Source: Candidatus Gottesmanbacteria bacterium RIFCSPHIGHO2_02_FULL_39_11
GTDB taxonomy: Bacteria; Patescibacteriota; Microgenomatia; 2-02-FULL-39-11
Assembly: GCA_001779195.1 (NCBI GenBank)
Contig: MFJL01000014.1
Location: 9,522 to 73,521 of the forward strand
Direction: 5' to 3'
Length of the DNA stretch: 64,000 nt
The notes beneath the pieces were generated by a model. The model did no database searches. It saw only the letters and a list, made by a program, of their open reading frames with translations, and was not told the DNA's origin. The translations under genes were made by a program, and so were the position numbers. This document shows positions 47,287-57,815 of the stretch, piece by piece; the stretch's first letter is position 1; every line of letters begins with the position of its first letter.

Positions 47287-48732
47287 ATGAACAGAAATAA
47301 AATTTTACTATTATTAATTCTTCTTATTGCTTTATTTTTCAGATTTTATAATAGTCAGAACAGATACGGAATTGGTTACGATGGAAGTCGCGATGCATTA
47401 GTTGCGTTTGAGTCAGCAAGACAGCTGCAGTTACCTCTTACCGGGTCCTTTTCTTCAATCGGACCGATTACGTTTGGACCACTCTACTACTGGTATATTA
47501 CTCTCTCTACTCTTCTTCCAACCGTATGGGGACCATGGGTAGCAATAAACGTTGCAAGTTTTCTGATGGTATTTATCATGTATAAAACCGGCAAATTATT
47601 AATTAACGAATCATTTGGAATTATACTGGCTTGTGTTACAGCGCTATCTCCGGCTCAGATTATATCAGGAACTCAGCTTCAGCAACACGCATTAATTGGA
47701 TTTCTTTCATCCGTTGTTATCTATTTCTTTGTCAAACATTATTATCAAAGATTTAGTACATTTGAATATATACTCTGGGGATTTTGCTTGGGAAGTGCTA
47801 TTAATTCTCACTATCAAGCAGTTTCTCTTCTGACTCTTCCCTTGCTTGCTGTTATTTTTTTTAAAAGGAAAAAATTTATCTTTACCTTTATATTAGGCCT
47901 TTTTATAAGTTTTATTCCTTTTTTAATTTTTGAGCTTACAAATCATTGGTTTAATACACGAAATATCCTTGACTATATTTTAATCGGGCAATATAGAGTC
48001 TGGACAAGCAATAGATGGATTATTTTTTTGGGAAATTTTATTCCACAGTTTTGGTCTTATGTTACTGGAATACCTATATTTTTATCTTCAATTGCATTTT
48101 TTTCTTCAGTTCCTATTATTCTTTATTTGTATATTAAAAAAGTACTTTCTAAACCTTTTTTCGTAATCTTATTAAGCTTTTTGGCACTGCTAACAAGTTT
48201 AAGATATTACCGAGGAGAAAAATTTTTTGGATATCTACAATTTTTTCACCCCTATATTTTTATTTTTACCTCTTTAGTTTTATATCTCCTTGTCCGAAAG
48301 TTCAAAATGAGCGTTTTACCTACTCTTATAATAATTGGTTATATCATTTTAGTTGTTCCATCTTCTTTTTCCTCTGTATCTTCAGATTCATTTAATCAAA
48401 TTACAAAGCGCAGGGTAGAACTGCTTTCTTCGCATTATCCTAATCAAGTTTTTACACCATATGAATGTAAAGGAGCTTACAATGCAAAAAATGATATCCA
48501 GGGACTTACTCTCATGCTGTTTATGAATAAAAAATTCAGTAATAACGGAAGAAAAATAGCTCTTTATAATAAAGAGTGTGATTTTTTTGGAGGAAAAAGA
48601 TTAGATCTTAACCTGATAGACTTAACTGATAGTTCAGCCTCAGGAAGACTAGCCGAAGGAGAATTATATCCCATGACCCCATACACGGTATGGGATGAAA
48701 CTGCCAGATGGTACTTTAGAGAAGAACCATAA
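47287..48732 (+). CDS. GT-C (ArnT-like) membrane glycosyltransferase
   Basis: Motifs FRFYN, YDGSRD, PLTGSFSS..FGPLYYW and PFLIFELTNHWFN; many TM helices. Confidence 0.8.
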   Translation: MNRNKILLLLILLIALFFRFYNSQNRYGIGYDGSRDALVAFESARQLQLPLTGSFSSIGPITFGPLYYWYITLSTLLPTVWGPWVAINVASFLMVFIMYKTGKLLINESFGIILACVTALSPAQIISGTQLQQHALIGFLSSVVIYFFVKHYYQRFSTFEYILWGFCLGSAINSHYQAVSLLTLPLLAVIFFKRKKFIFTFILGLFISFIPFLIFELTNHWFNTRNILDYILIGQYRVWTSNRWIIFLGNFIPQFWSYVTGIPIFLSSIAFFSSVPIILYLYIKKVLSKPFFVILLSFLALLTSLRYYRGEKFFGYLQFFHPYIFIFTSLVLYLLVRKFKMSVLPTLIIIGYIILVVPSSFSSVSSDSFNQITKRRVELLSSHYPNQVFTPYECKGAYNAKNDIQGLTLMLFMNKKFSNNGRKIALYNKECDFFGGKRLDLNLIDLTDSSASGRLAEGELYPMTPYTVWDETARWYFREEP

Positions 48733-48794
48733 CATCTTAACCGAATGGCCAAAGATGTTTGATCAACATAAAACCTGTTACAAAATTAAACCCA

Positions 48795-49502
48795 TTAATT
48801 AAAAAATCTATAATAAAATATTGCTTTTATTGCTTCTATAGCATCCATTGCAGTAAGCTTTTTTCCCGATAAATGATTCCTTCCTTTATAGGTTATAGGA
48901 ACTTCAATAATCTTCACCTTGTTTTTGATAAGTTTTCCAGTTATTTCCGGCTCTAAGTCAAAGTGATTTGACCGAATGGGATGTTTTCGAAAGATTTCAA
49001 TCGGAACTACCTTATACCCGGTTTCCATATCAGTTAAAGAAACATCATATAGAAAAGCTGTAAAAAGAGTCAGAAATTTATTTCCGACATAGTAAAAAAA
49101 GGGAATCGATACATCTTTATGCGCAAATCGGGATCCGTATACGGCAATCTTTTTATTCTTCAAATTTTTAAAAGGAGATATTAATGCCGGGATTTCTAAG
49201 GGATTATATTCAAGGTCTGCATCCTGAATGAGAACATAATCCCCCGTTGCTTTATCAACTCCGCTTCTTATCGCGGCGCCTTTACCTTTATTAATAGTAT
49301 GAGTAACGACGGTAATTTTTGTTTTTGCTTTTTTAAGTTTATTTTTTTGTCCGATTATTTTTTCTGACGTTCCATCTGTTGACGCGTCATCAACTATAAT
49401 TATTTCTTTCTTACAGGGCAGTTTTAACAGGGAAAGTTTTTCTATAACCTCAGAAACAGTTCTCACTTCATTATACACAGGAACGATTATGGAAAGCTTC
49501 AT
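48795..49502 (-). CDS. GT2, polyprenol-phosphate sugar synthase (DPM1-like)
   Basis: Motifs IVPVYNE, VDDASTDG, NKGKGAA, QDADLEY, VYGSRF and TDMETGYK. Confidence 0.92.
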   Translation of the reverse strand: MKLSIIVPVYNEVRTVSEVIEKLSLLKLPCKKEIIIVDDASTDGTSEKIIGQKNKLKKAKTKITVVTHTINKGKGAAIRSGVDKATGDYVLIQDADLEYNPLEIPALISPFKNLKNKKIAVYGSRFAHKDVSIPFFYYVGNKFLTLFTAFLYDVSLTDMETGYKVVPIEIFRKHPIRSNHFDLEPEITGKLIKNKVKIIEVPITYKGRNHLSGKKLTAMDAIEAIKAIFYYRFFN

Positions 49503-49528
49503 AATACTTCTTTATACACGAACAGACC

Positions 49529-50929
49529 TCATTTGAGCAAGATAGGTGAATATAATGTACTCCCGCTCGATTCTTTCTGATATACGACAGTAAGTCCGGA
49601 ATTATTAAAATATTCCCGAAATGCTTTCTCGTCAAACAAAGCAACCTGTATTTCCTTATCGTCTTTATTTATTACTACTTTATTTGAAGATTGAATTATA
49701 TCTCTTTTTTTATCCGCTTCTCCTATCCAATATTTGGCAATGTCAGCGCGTCTTTTGATCCAGTGATTATCCTGATCGAATTTAACGGTAATAATTGATG
49801 CGTAGACCCAAATTAAAATTGCAAAAAGACAAATAATCTGATATTTCAGGGATTTGAGTGAAATTTTTATTACCGGATAAAATATCAGAATAAGAAACGG
49901 CAGGAGAGAAATACTTCCATGGTGAGGGGCAATATGAGACGGAATGATAACAATGGGCGAAAGAGATATAAGGAGCCAGAACAGAAGAAATAGAATGGTT
50001 ACATAATCTCTTTTATGAATCATGTGTTTTTTAAATAAAATAAATAAAGGAAAAAGGGCAACCGCAAAGACAGACACTGTATTTAACATCCATACAGCGG
50101 TCTCTGTGTGGAATGTATTCACAAATTCGGGCCGGATCATCCAGTATTTTAAAAAGTTATCCTTAACTGCCTCGGGCCAGTTCAAAAAATAAAGAAGAAA
50201 AAAACGGTAAGAAGAAATAATACTTTGATTCAAAGAGACGGGGTAGCTTGCCAAATCGGATCTGAAAACGGATCTAAGCATGCCGTATCCCAACATAATA
50301 ATTCCCAGGGAAACAAATAATCTTTTTCCGAGCTTTAGACTGTTTTTCCCTTTGGTTAAGAGTTCAAAAATAAACAGTACGAAAGGCAATAAAAAAGTAA
50401 ATTCATTTGTCAGCAAAGCTAATAGGAAAATAAAACACAGGCTGAATGTTCTGACTGATGAAGGCTTAAAATAAATAAAAATATAAAAACAAAGAAAAAA
50501 CAAAAATGCTCCGATACTATATGAGCTGTTGGCAAGCCATGAAAGGGTATTATAATGAACCGCACTTGTTCCGTACCATAGCAATATTATTAGTCCTCCC
50601 CTGGAAGATTTAAGAATCTTTTTAGATATTTTATAGACCAGAAAAATAGAAAAAATAAAAAACGGCCACAGAAAAAGGTGAAAGGCCGGAGCATTCCACC
50701 CGAAAATACTTCTCCCTAACCAAAAAAATGTTTCAGATCCCAAAGGCCGATAAAACTGAACATCCGGCCGGGGTATAAAAAAATGAAAAAAATCAGATAC
50801 TTTTATTACATGGGATATTTCTAAAATAAAAAAATCATCCTGGGAAAAGTAAACGGATAAAAGAGGAGAAAAAAGTAAAAAAGACTGGACGATTATTAAA
50901 ACAAACAGTAATTTTTTCTTCACAAGCAT
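49529..50929 (-). CDS. Predicted GT-C membrane glycosyltransferase
   Basis: Motifs YFSQDDF, FYRPL and LTNE; polytopic; paralog of the next gene. Confidence 0.7.
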   Translation of the reverse strand: MLVKKKLLFVLIIVQSFLLFSPLLSVYFSQDDFFILEISHVIKVSDFFHFFIPRPDVQFYRPLGSETFFWLGRSIFGWNAPAFHLFLWPFFIFSIFLVYKISKKILKSSRGGLIILLWYGTSAVHYNTLSWLANSSYSIGAFLFFLCFYIFIYFKPSSVRTFSLCFIFLLALLTNEFTFLLPFVLFIFELLTKGKNSLKLGKRLFVSLGIIMLGYGMLRSVFRSDLASYPVSLNQSIISSYRFFLLYFLNWPEAVKDNFLKYWMIRPEFVNTFHTETAVWMLNTVSVFAVALFPLFILFKKHMIHKRDYVTILFLLFWLLISLSPIVIIPSHIAPHHGSISLLPFLILIFYPVIKISLKSLKYQIICLFAILIWVYASIITVKFDQDNHWIKRRADIAKYWIGEADKKRDIIQSSNKVVINKDDKEIQVALFDEKAFREYFNNSGLTVVYQKESSGSTLYSPILLK

Positions 50930-50934
50930 GTTAT

Positions 50935-52383
50935 TCAGTATCCTAGAAATTTTGAGGAGTCAAATTCCAATACTAACTTTGACTTTTTAACATCCGGAGG
51001 CAAATCTTTTACATCTTCAAAATAACTTTGAATTTTATTGTCGTTATATAGAATATTTATAGCTGCTCCGTTTCCCAAAGCCTGATAAATTTGTTTTGCC
51101 GAACCATATTGAGGAATTTTTATTTCTCCGTTTTTGAAATAAATTATTGAGTCATCAGGCAGTATTGGATATTTTAATCTAAGTGCAAAAAGTGTTTTTT
51201 CAGCCTGCCGCGCGCTTAGTATAACCCAGTGGGTACGCCTTGCAAGAAGAATTGAATTACTCGCATGTACCAGATAAAACACAATCATCAAAAAAGAAAT
51301 TATCTTGAATAGTCCTTTTTCTTTAAATGCAGATGAAAGAACAGATCCTAAATAAATGGATAAGCCTGCCAATGCTAAAGCCTGCTCTGTTGCAAGTTTA
51401 TGAAGAGGAAAAATAATAAGAGGTAAAAGGGCAATTACAAACCAGAATAACGAATAAAAAAGAGTATATATGCTTCCTTTCACATATTTAATTGACCAAA
51501 TCATGAGAAAAAATAAAAGAACTGCAAATACTCCGAAAAAAATAAAGAATACCGAAGAATTTGCTCCTGCTACCTGATGCCAGACCGGACTGATTTTTAA
51601 ATGGGGAAGCAAAAAATCTATAAAAATGTTTGGTACGGAAAGCGCCCATAAAAAATACCAAAAAAGAATTTGAAAAGTTGCTTTTCCGATAATGACTTTA
51701 TAAGAAGATGATGAAGCAAAACCGTAAAATATGGCATGCGCCAGAAAATATATTACACTTAAGAGAATAAAGATTCCTAGTTTCTTAAACTCTGATTTTG
51801 ACGGAATTTTTTTCTTCTCGTAGATATAGGTAAGAATTAAAATTCCGGGAAGCACTACTGCAGTTTCTTTCGACATAAGGGCCAGAATAAAAAATAGAAT
51901 ACTTCTTCCTGTTTTATTGGTTGCCAATGAGTATACGGATAAAAGACCAAAAAAGACCAAAAAAAGCTCATGACAATAAGCAGGTGAAAAAAGAGGAGCA
52001 ATATGAGTACTGTTTACTGCATAAAATAAAGATGAAAAAATTCCTGCTTGTGAGCTTTTAGTCAGATACGTACTTAACCGATATAAAATAAGAATATTTA
52101 ATATAAAAAGAATAAAATTGACTGCATGATAGGGAAACGGATTTAATCCGAAAAAGTGTTTTAAAAAATAAAAATATACCTGTGTAGGAATGGGGCGGTA
52201 AAAAGGAAAATCGCCCTTCGCAAACAAATTAAAAGAAGAAATCACTTTTGAAAAAGTGTCGCTGTATGTCATGTGAGTAAAATCATCCTGGTGGAAATAG
52301 GTACTAAAAGATGGAAAGAAAAGAAAAAAAGAAAGAAGAATAATAACGGAAAGAGGGGCTATAATTCTTAAGGAGACTTTCAT
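50935..52383 (-). CDS. Predicted GT-C membrane glycosyltransferase
   Basis: Motifs YFHQDDF, FYRPI, FGLNPFPYH.VN and ALMSKE; polytopic. Confidence 0.75.
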   Translation of the reverse strand: MKVSLRIIAPLSVIILLSFFLFFPSFSTYFHQDDFTHMTYSDTFSKVISSFNLFAKGDFPFYRPIPTQVYFYFLKHFFGLNPFPYHAVNFILFILNILILYRLSTYLTKSSQAGIFSSLFYAVNSTHIAPLFSPAYCHELFLVFFGLLSVYSLATNKTGRSILFFILALMSKETAVVLPGILILTYIYEKKKIPSKSEFKKLGIFILLSVIYFLAHAIFYGFASSSSYKVIIGKATFQILFWYFLWALSVPNIFIDFLLPHLKISPVWHQVAGANSSVFFIFFGVFAVLLFFLMIWSIKYVKGSIYTLFYSLFWFVIALLPLIIFPLHKLATEQALALAGLSIYLGSVLSSAFKEKGLFKIISFLMIVFYLVHASNSILLARRTHWVILSARQAEKTLFALRLKYPILPDDSIIYFKNGEIKIPQYGSAKQIYQALGNGAAINILYNDNKIQSYFEDVKDLPPDVKKSKLVLEFDSSKFLGY

Positions 52384-53417
52384 ACCTTCTCTATTATTTT
52401 TTTATATTCCGAGGAAATGGTATCCCAGCTGAATTTTTCAGCCTGCCTGCGCGGTTTATTTTCCCAATCATTTTTCAGAGCTTTTATTAAGACGTCGGAA
52501 TATTTAACCGGATCTTCTACATCCGTATATAATCCCGCATTCCTTACAATCTCTCTTCGGCTTTGATCATCGGGGGCTACAACCGGAATATTGGATGCCA
52601 GAGCTTCCAAATAAACCAGACCAAATGCTTCCGATTCTTTGGAAGGGAGGGAAAATACCTGCGCGGTTTTATAATAACGGGTGATATCATTATGGCTTAC
52701 TTTTTTTATGATCTTAAACCTTCCCGGAATTTTTGACTGTGCTTGGTTGTATAAATTTTCATATAAGGGGCCGTCTCCTATCAGAAGCAGTGAGGTGTTG
52801 ACAATACCTGAGACCGCATCAATCAAAAGGCCGATACGTTTATAAGGTAGGAGAGCACTTACGCAAAGAATAACCGGAAGTCGTAATCCTGTATCAATTG
52901 GCTTAAGCGAAGGGTTAAACTGACTTAAGTCTACACCGTTTGGAATATAGACTGTCTTTTGAAATGGAAATTTTTCTTTTACCCATGATAAAGCTTTTTG
53001 CGATAAAGCGACAAATATATCCGGTTTTCCAAACTGTATGTTTATCTTATCATCACGGCCAATTCCGGCGTGCCCGCAAATTAGTATTTTAGAATGAGTA
53101 ACAAATCTGACTACTCTGCAAACAATAACTTGTGATCCTCCGTTTATTGGAACAATCCAATCATATTTATTTTTTAATAGATACGAGAAACATCTCAAAC
53201 TAAAAAGTAAAAGAAAAAAATCGTAAAGAAGTGATTGATTCTTTATATAAGGTATACCTGTAATCTGGTTTACTGTATATTTTTTATCTGTTTTTTTTCC
53301 TATTTGAAAAACATCAACATCATAAGAACCTGAAAATCTTCCTGCTATTTCATCTACAAAAACTTCGGATCCTCTTTCAACTATCCCGTTGTATATATTG
53401 AGAAAAGCAATTTTCAT
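52380..53417 (-). CDS. GT4 glycosyltransferase
   Basis: Motifs RGSE, IPNGVD, PYKR and EAFGLVYLEALA. Confidence 0.92.
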   Translation of the reverse strand: MKIAFLNIYNGIVERGSEVFVDEIAGRFSGSYDVDVFQIGKKTDKKYTVNQITGIPYIKNQSLLYDFFLLLFSLRCFSYLLKNKYDWIVPINGGSQVIVCRVVRFVTHSKILICGHAGIGRDDKINIQFGKPDIFVALSQKALSWVKEKFPFQKTVYIPNGVDLSQFNPSLKPIDTGLRLPVILCVSALLPYKRIGLLIDAVSGIVNTSLLLIGDGPLYENLYNQAQSKIPGRFKIIKKVSHNDITRYYKTAQVFSLPSKESEAFGLVYLEALASNIPVVAPDDQSRREIVRNAGLYTDVEDPVKYSDVLIKALKNDWENKPRRQAEKFSWDTISSEYKKIIEKV

Positions 53418-53430
53418 ATGTAATTTTTAT

Positions 53431-54252
53431 TCAAAAAATCATTCTCTTTACCATTTTAACTGGCGTTAGGATTGCAGATTCAATAGTGTATACGGTTGAA
53501 CGCTTAGTATGAACATCAGAGACAAACGTGGGATGTTTTTGATTAAAAATATCAGGAATTTTAACAGTATCAGGAAACGATCTGCCCCATTCAATTTTAT
53601 ATTTATTTCTGTGAAATGTCGTTTGAATATTTGCACCGCTTGATGACCTTTTCAGGTACATCGCATGCCACAATTTACCCGTCGTAAAATAAAACAAATG
53701 CGGTGAATGATGGATAATTTCCCTGCCTGATTTATCATAATACCCCTCATAGGGATAGCTCCCTGAAACTCTGATACCGTTTATATTTTTCTTATTAATA
53801 AGCCTTACTACGATGTGCCCTTTTTTTCCAAAAAGATGATAAGGACCAACGTCTGGATTTTGAAAATGGTATATGTCTCCCAGTAAATCATATCTTCCTA
53901 CAACAATCCCTTCCAGAGTCTCTCCTTTTGTTGTTATTACATTTTTAATTTCTTCACATAAGAAACTAGGGTAGATTTCATCCCCGTCCACTACCCAAAA
54001 CCAATCAGTTGTTGTCTTATCTACCTGCTCTTCTCGTATGCGTGCTATATCTATAACATCACGGACTTCCCTTTCATAAAATTCTATTTTTTTTGAGTTA
54101 AAAGATTTAATAATTTTTATCGTATTATCTGTTGAACCGGTATCTGCAATAAAGATTCTGTCAGCATAGGGAAGAACAGATGATATGGAATACCAAATAA
54201 AACGGTCTTCATTTTTAACCATCATGTGGACGGTTAACTGATTATTTTTCAT
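53431..54252 (-). CDS. GT2 glycosyltransferase
   Basis: Motifs MVKNED, DTGSTDNT and VVDGDE. Confidence 0.88.
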   Translation of the reverse strand: MKNNQLTVHMMVKNEDRFIWYSISSVLPYADRIFIADTGSTDNTIKIIKSFNSKKIEFYEREVRDVIDIARIREEQVDKTTTDWFWVVDGDEIYPSFLCEEIKNVITTKGETLEGIVVGRYDLLGDIYHFQNPDVGPYHLFGKKGHIVVRLINKKNINGIRVSGSYPYEGYYDKSGREIIHHSPHLFYFTTGKLWHAMYLKRSSSGANIQTTFHRNKYKIEWGRSFPDTVKIPDIFNQKHPTFVSDVHTKRSTVYTIESAILTPVKMVKRMIF

Positions 54253-55537
54253 GATGATGGCGACGTAAAGAATAAATGCTCAAATAAGAAGTTAAAAATA
54301 CGGTAGCTGCAAACGCAAGTATTAAGGATAGAGCCGGACCCATCCTTCCGTATCTGGGTATAAAAATAAGGTTTCCGACAATCACAATTATCAGTTGCAA
54401 CACACTGTTTATGGTGAGTATTTGAGGTTTTTTGACGTAATATATCGCAACCGCAACAGCGGGAATGGATGCCGTGAAAAAAATCTGGCTTACTAAGAGA
54501 AGTTGAAAAACTCCTACGGAATCCTTTGCTTTTTCTCCGAAAAGAATTGTAATAAAAGGATTCGCAATAACTATTAATACTAAAATGGTTACTATAAGAC
54601 CAAGAGTTGCTAAAATTATTTTTAATAAATAATCTTTAAATTCGTTTTTAGTAGCAATTCCCGATATCCGGGGAGCAATAACTGAAGTAAAGCTTCCGGC
54701 AAGAAGAGGATATATAGAAATCACCCGGGAGGCTGTAGCATATATTCCAGTTTCAACTGAGTTTGTAAATGCAATAAGCATCAGAGTATCGAGCCTGCTT
54801 GAAACTGCCGTCAGGGATCTGGCTATACCTAAAAATTTTGAAAATTTTAGGAGCTCCCCAAAATCCTTTGAACTGGGAGATGATTTTAAAAATCTGGTTC
54901 CGATAAATGCCAATGCTACAAAGGCGGTAAGTATCATACTGGCAATTTGTGTCCATATAACGGAAGTTAAGTTGACAAAAGACAAAAGAATAATAAGAAT
55001 CAAAAAAATAAGTCTTAGGATACTACTCAGTGCCGAAAGGACTGACGCTCCAACAAATCTTTCTTCAGCTGAAAGAATATACGAGAAAAAATTTAAGATC
55101 GTAAGTCCAAATATCCCCACCGTGATAACCCGAACAAGCGGAGTAAGAGAAGGATTATGAAAAAAATTACCTGCTAAAAAATTAGACAGAATTAAAATTA
55201 AAAAACATAATACTAAAACAATTCCTGACTGATACAAAAATGAAGTTTTTATAAACGTATTGAAACGATCACGGTTATTTTTAAGGGAAGGTAGAAAGCG
55301 AGCAAGAGAAGCCCCGATTCCTACATCAGAAACATCGCAAACCAGTATAAAGAGTGAAAAAATAGCAGAATAATATCCAAAATCCGATAGTGAGATAACC
55401 CGGTACAACACAACAGTGAAAATAAAAGCAAAAACCGCCGAAATCATATTTCCCATAAAAACCAGATAAGTATTACGGGCTGTTTTTGAAAGCAATAATT
55501 TGCGGATCAAACTGCTTGTTTTTTGATACATATTCAT
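54242..55537 (-). CDS. Wzx-type polysaccharide flippase
   Basis: About 12 TM helices; motifs RNTYLVF, DFGYYS, RLDTLML, GIYATASR and IFIPRYG..G.A. Confidence 0.88.
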   Translation of the reverse strand: MNMYQKTSSLIRKLLLSKTARNTYLVFMGNMISAVFAFIFTVVLYRVISLSDFGYYSAIFSLFILVCDVSDVGIGASLARFLPSLKNNRDRFNTFIKTSFLYQSGIVLVLCFLILILSNFLAGNFFHNPSLTPLVRVITVGIFGLTILNFFSYILSAEERFVGASVLSALSSILRLIFLILIILLSFVNLTSVIWTQIASMILTAFVALAFIGTRFLKSSPSSKDFGELLKFSKFLGIARSLTAVSSRLDTLMLIAFTNSVETGIYATASRVISIYPLLAGSFTSVIAPRISGIATKNEFKDYLLKIILATLGLIVTILVLIVIANPFITILFGEKAKDSVGVFQLLLVSQIFFTASIPAVAVAIYYVKKPQILTINSVLQLIIVIVGNLIFIPRYGRMGPALSLILAFAATVFLTSYLSIYSLRRHHHEK

Positions 55538-55546
55538 AATTTGCCT

Positions 55547-57109
55547 TTATGGAGTTTTAGGAGAAAGAATATAGACATATATTGAATTAAATTTCCTTTG
55601 GTTAACCACGTCGTAGTCTGCAAGGTATTTCAACTTTTCCTCTTCCCATCCGCTGATTTCAGAAAAAGTGCTTCTGGGATCAATTAGAGAAAGCAGGACA
55701 AGAGAAGGGTCATTCGCACTGCTTTCTTTTTGAGAGTAAAGCCATGAAAAATAGGAGTCCATATAAGAGGACTGAGGAGTTTTATGATAATAGTCGAATA
55801 AATATCTGTACCCGCCGAATTTTTCACATCCTCCGATTGCCTGCAGGATATACGGCTTGTTTCCGACATTTTCTTTTACATAATGAATCATTTGTATTTT
55901 TTCCCGATATTGAAACGTTTTCTGCGCCGTAAAAAGAGTGCCTAAATTTAAACCGACAAAAGATATGAGTATAGATGTACTTATGATAAGACCGTGATGC
56001 TTACGATCAATGTATGAAAGTGCTAAGGCAAACGCAATTGAGAACCAGGGAAATAAATATAAATAATAATATTCAAAAACAGTTCGGTTATAGAATAGCA
56101 GGACTCCCAAAGTGGCGACAAAAACAGAAGAAATAACTTGAAAACTGAATTTCTGCCTGTGGTGGCGGATAGCAATTAAGAAAAAACATGCCAGAAGAAG
56201 AAATCCGGATAAGACTGCCTCAATATTTGGAGATTTGACAAAACGTATCAATTCCTTACATTGTCCGGATTCAACGGATAAATCAGGAAAAAAGGGAACC
56301 CAGACAATTCTTCCGATAAGAGAAATAAACTCCGAAAACCGCTCTCCCAGAGCCGGGATATTCAGAGATCCGCTTGCTCTGAGAATAAAATTTGCCAATG
56401 CGGATAAGTTCTGATAATTATGCCGGGTGTCAAAAAGGACTACCGGGACAAAACTCAGAATCAAAACAAGCAAGCTTATTTTTAATTCTCCCCTATCTAT
56501 GTGTCTGCGGTTGCCAATGACGAAATATAAAATAACCGGAAGAAAAACGAGGATGGAAAGATGGCACTGAAGTGCGACTGCAAAAACAAAACTTAGATGA
56601 ATTAAAGAATGCTTTTTTTGTTTTAAAAAGCGATAAAGAAAAAAACCAATAAGAAGAGACAAAAGCGGAATCGGCGTCGGATTCCAATACTGTCTTTCAT
56701 AGAATGAAATTAAAAAAGATGACGCGTAAAAAACGCCAGCGAAAACCGCAACTTTATTTGAGAACATTTTTCTGGATATTAGAATTACGGCAAGCGTCGT
56801 CCCTACGCCCCAGAGCGAGGCTAACACGGACCAGCCGATCGGATCTCCCCCGAAAAATACATACGTTAAGGCGGTGAGATAGCTGAAGAGGGGACCCAGA
56901 TATAAGCCGGTATCTGAAGCATTAACCCCTATTAGGGGAAAATGAAGACCGGTTGCTATATTCCCCGCTATAAAAGCCTGGTATTCCTGATCCATGCCAA
57001 ACGAAGTCCATTTTTCGAGATTATAAAACCTGAAAAAAGCAGAAAGAGCTAAAACACAGAAGCATAATAAAATGAAGATACGGTTTTTCTTATCATTTAA
57101 TTTTTGCAT
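55547..57109 (-). CDS. GT-C (ArnT-like) membrane glycosyltransferase
   Basis: Motifs FRFYNL, FGMDQE, PLIG...YLGPLFSY, WNP and FDTRHNYQN; paralog of 44923-46485. Confidence 0.8.
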   Translation of the reverse strand: MQKLNDKKNRIFILLCFCVLALSAFFRFYNLEKWTSFGMDQEYQAFIAGNIATGLHFPLIGVNASDTGLYLGPLFSYLTALTYVFFGGDPIGWSVLASLWGVGTTLAVILISRKMFSNKVAVFAGVFYASSFLISFYERQYWNPTPIPLLSLLIGFFLYRFLKQKKHSLIHLSFVFAVALQCHLSILVFLPVILYFVIGNRRHIDRGELKISLLVLILSFVPVVLFDTRHNYQNLSALANFILRASGSLNIPALGERFSEFISLIGRIVWVPFFPDLSVESGQCKELIRFVKSPNIEAVLSGFLLLACFFLIAIRHHRQKFSFQVISSVFVATLGVLLFYNRTVFEYYYLYLFPWFSIAFALALSYIDRKHHGLIISTSILISFVGLNLGTLFTAQKTFQYREKIQMIHYVKENVGNKPYILQAIGGCEKFGGYRYLFDYYHKTPQSSYMDSYFSWLYSQKESSANDPSLVLLSLIDPRSTFSEISGWEEEKLKYLADYDVVNQRKFNSIYVYILSPKTP

Positions 57110-57212
57110 ATCTATTTAGCTTTTGTTTTATATATTTTTTGATATAGTCTGCTAGATTGCATTAGCTTAAATACTATATTATAACGTCTTGACCAAGTTC
57201 AAAAGTATTATT

Positions 57213-57815
57213 ATGAAGTCAAAAACGGTAAAACTTACGTCCAAAAAGAGCTTTCTCAGCTTCTATCTCGATAACTTTACTATCAGCTTATCACATCTTG
57301 AGACAAAAAATATAGAAAAAATAATTGATCAGTTGGTACTTTTGAAAAAAAGAAAAGGGAGATTATTTTTGATAGGTATTGGGGGAAGCGCTGCCAACTG
57401 CAGTCACGCGGTTAATGACTTCAGAAAAATCGCAAAAATTGAAACCTATGCGGCCTCTGATAACATTGCGGAGCTTACTGCCCGGATAAACGATGAGGGA
57501 TGGGACGGAATATTTTCTTCTTATCTTGAGGGGAGTCATCTTTCGAAAAATGATATGGTTTTTATTCTGTCAGTAAGCGGTGGAGACCTTATAAAAAATA
57601 AAAGCATAAATATAGTTCATGCTATTTTATATGCCAAAAAAATCGGATCGACCATCCTAGCAATTGTCGGTGCGGGAGGAGGATTCACTAAAGAGTCTGC
57701 AGACTACGTAATCGAAATTAAGACTGAAAGAAATGAACTGATAATTCCCTTTGCAGAAAGCATGCAAAGTGTCATTTGGCATGCGATTGTGAATCATCCT
57801 AAACTTACAAGTTAA
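57213..57815 (+). CDS. SIS-domain phosphoheptose isomerase (GmhA-like)
   Basis: Motifs GIGGSAAN.SH, LTARIND.GW, LSVSG and G..GG. The ATG at 57213 is preferred. Confidence 0.85.
   Translation: MKSKTVKLTSKKSFLSFYLDNFTISLSHLETKNIEKIIDQLVLLKKRKGRLFLIGIGGSAANCSHAVNDFRKIAKIETYAASDNIAELTARINDEGWDGIFSSYLEGSHLSKNDMVFILSVSGGDLIKNKSINIVHAILYAKKIGSTILAIVGAGGGFTKESADYVIEIKTERNELIIPFAESMQSVIWHAIVNHPKLTS

Noticed and set aside
48731-48769. Inverted repeat AACATCTT/AAGATGTT between convergent genes as a terminator
   Set aside because: The stem is AT-rich with a large loop and no clear U-tract; too weak to call.
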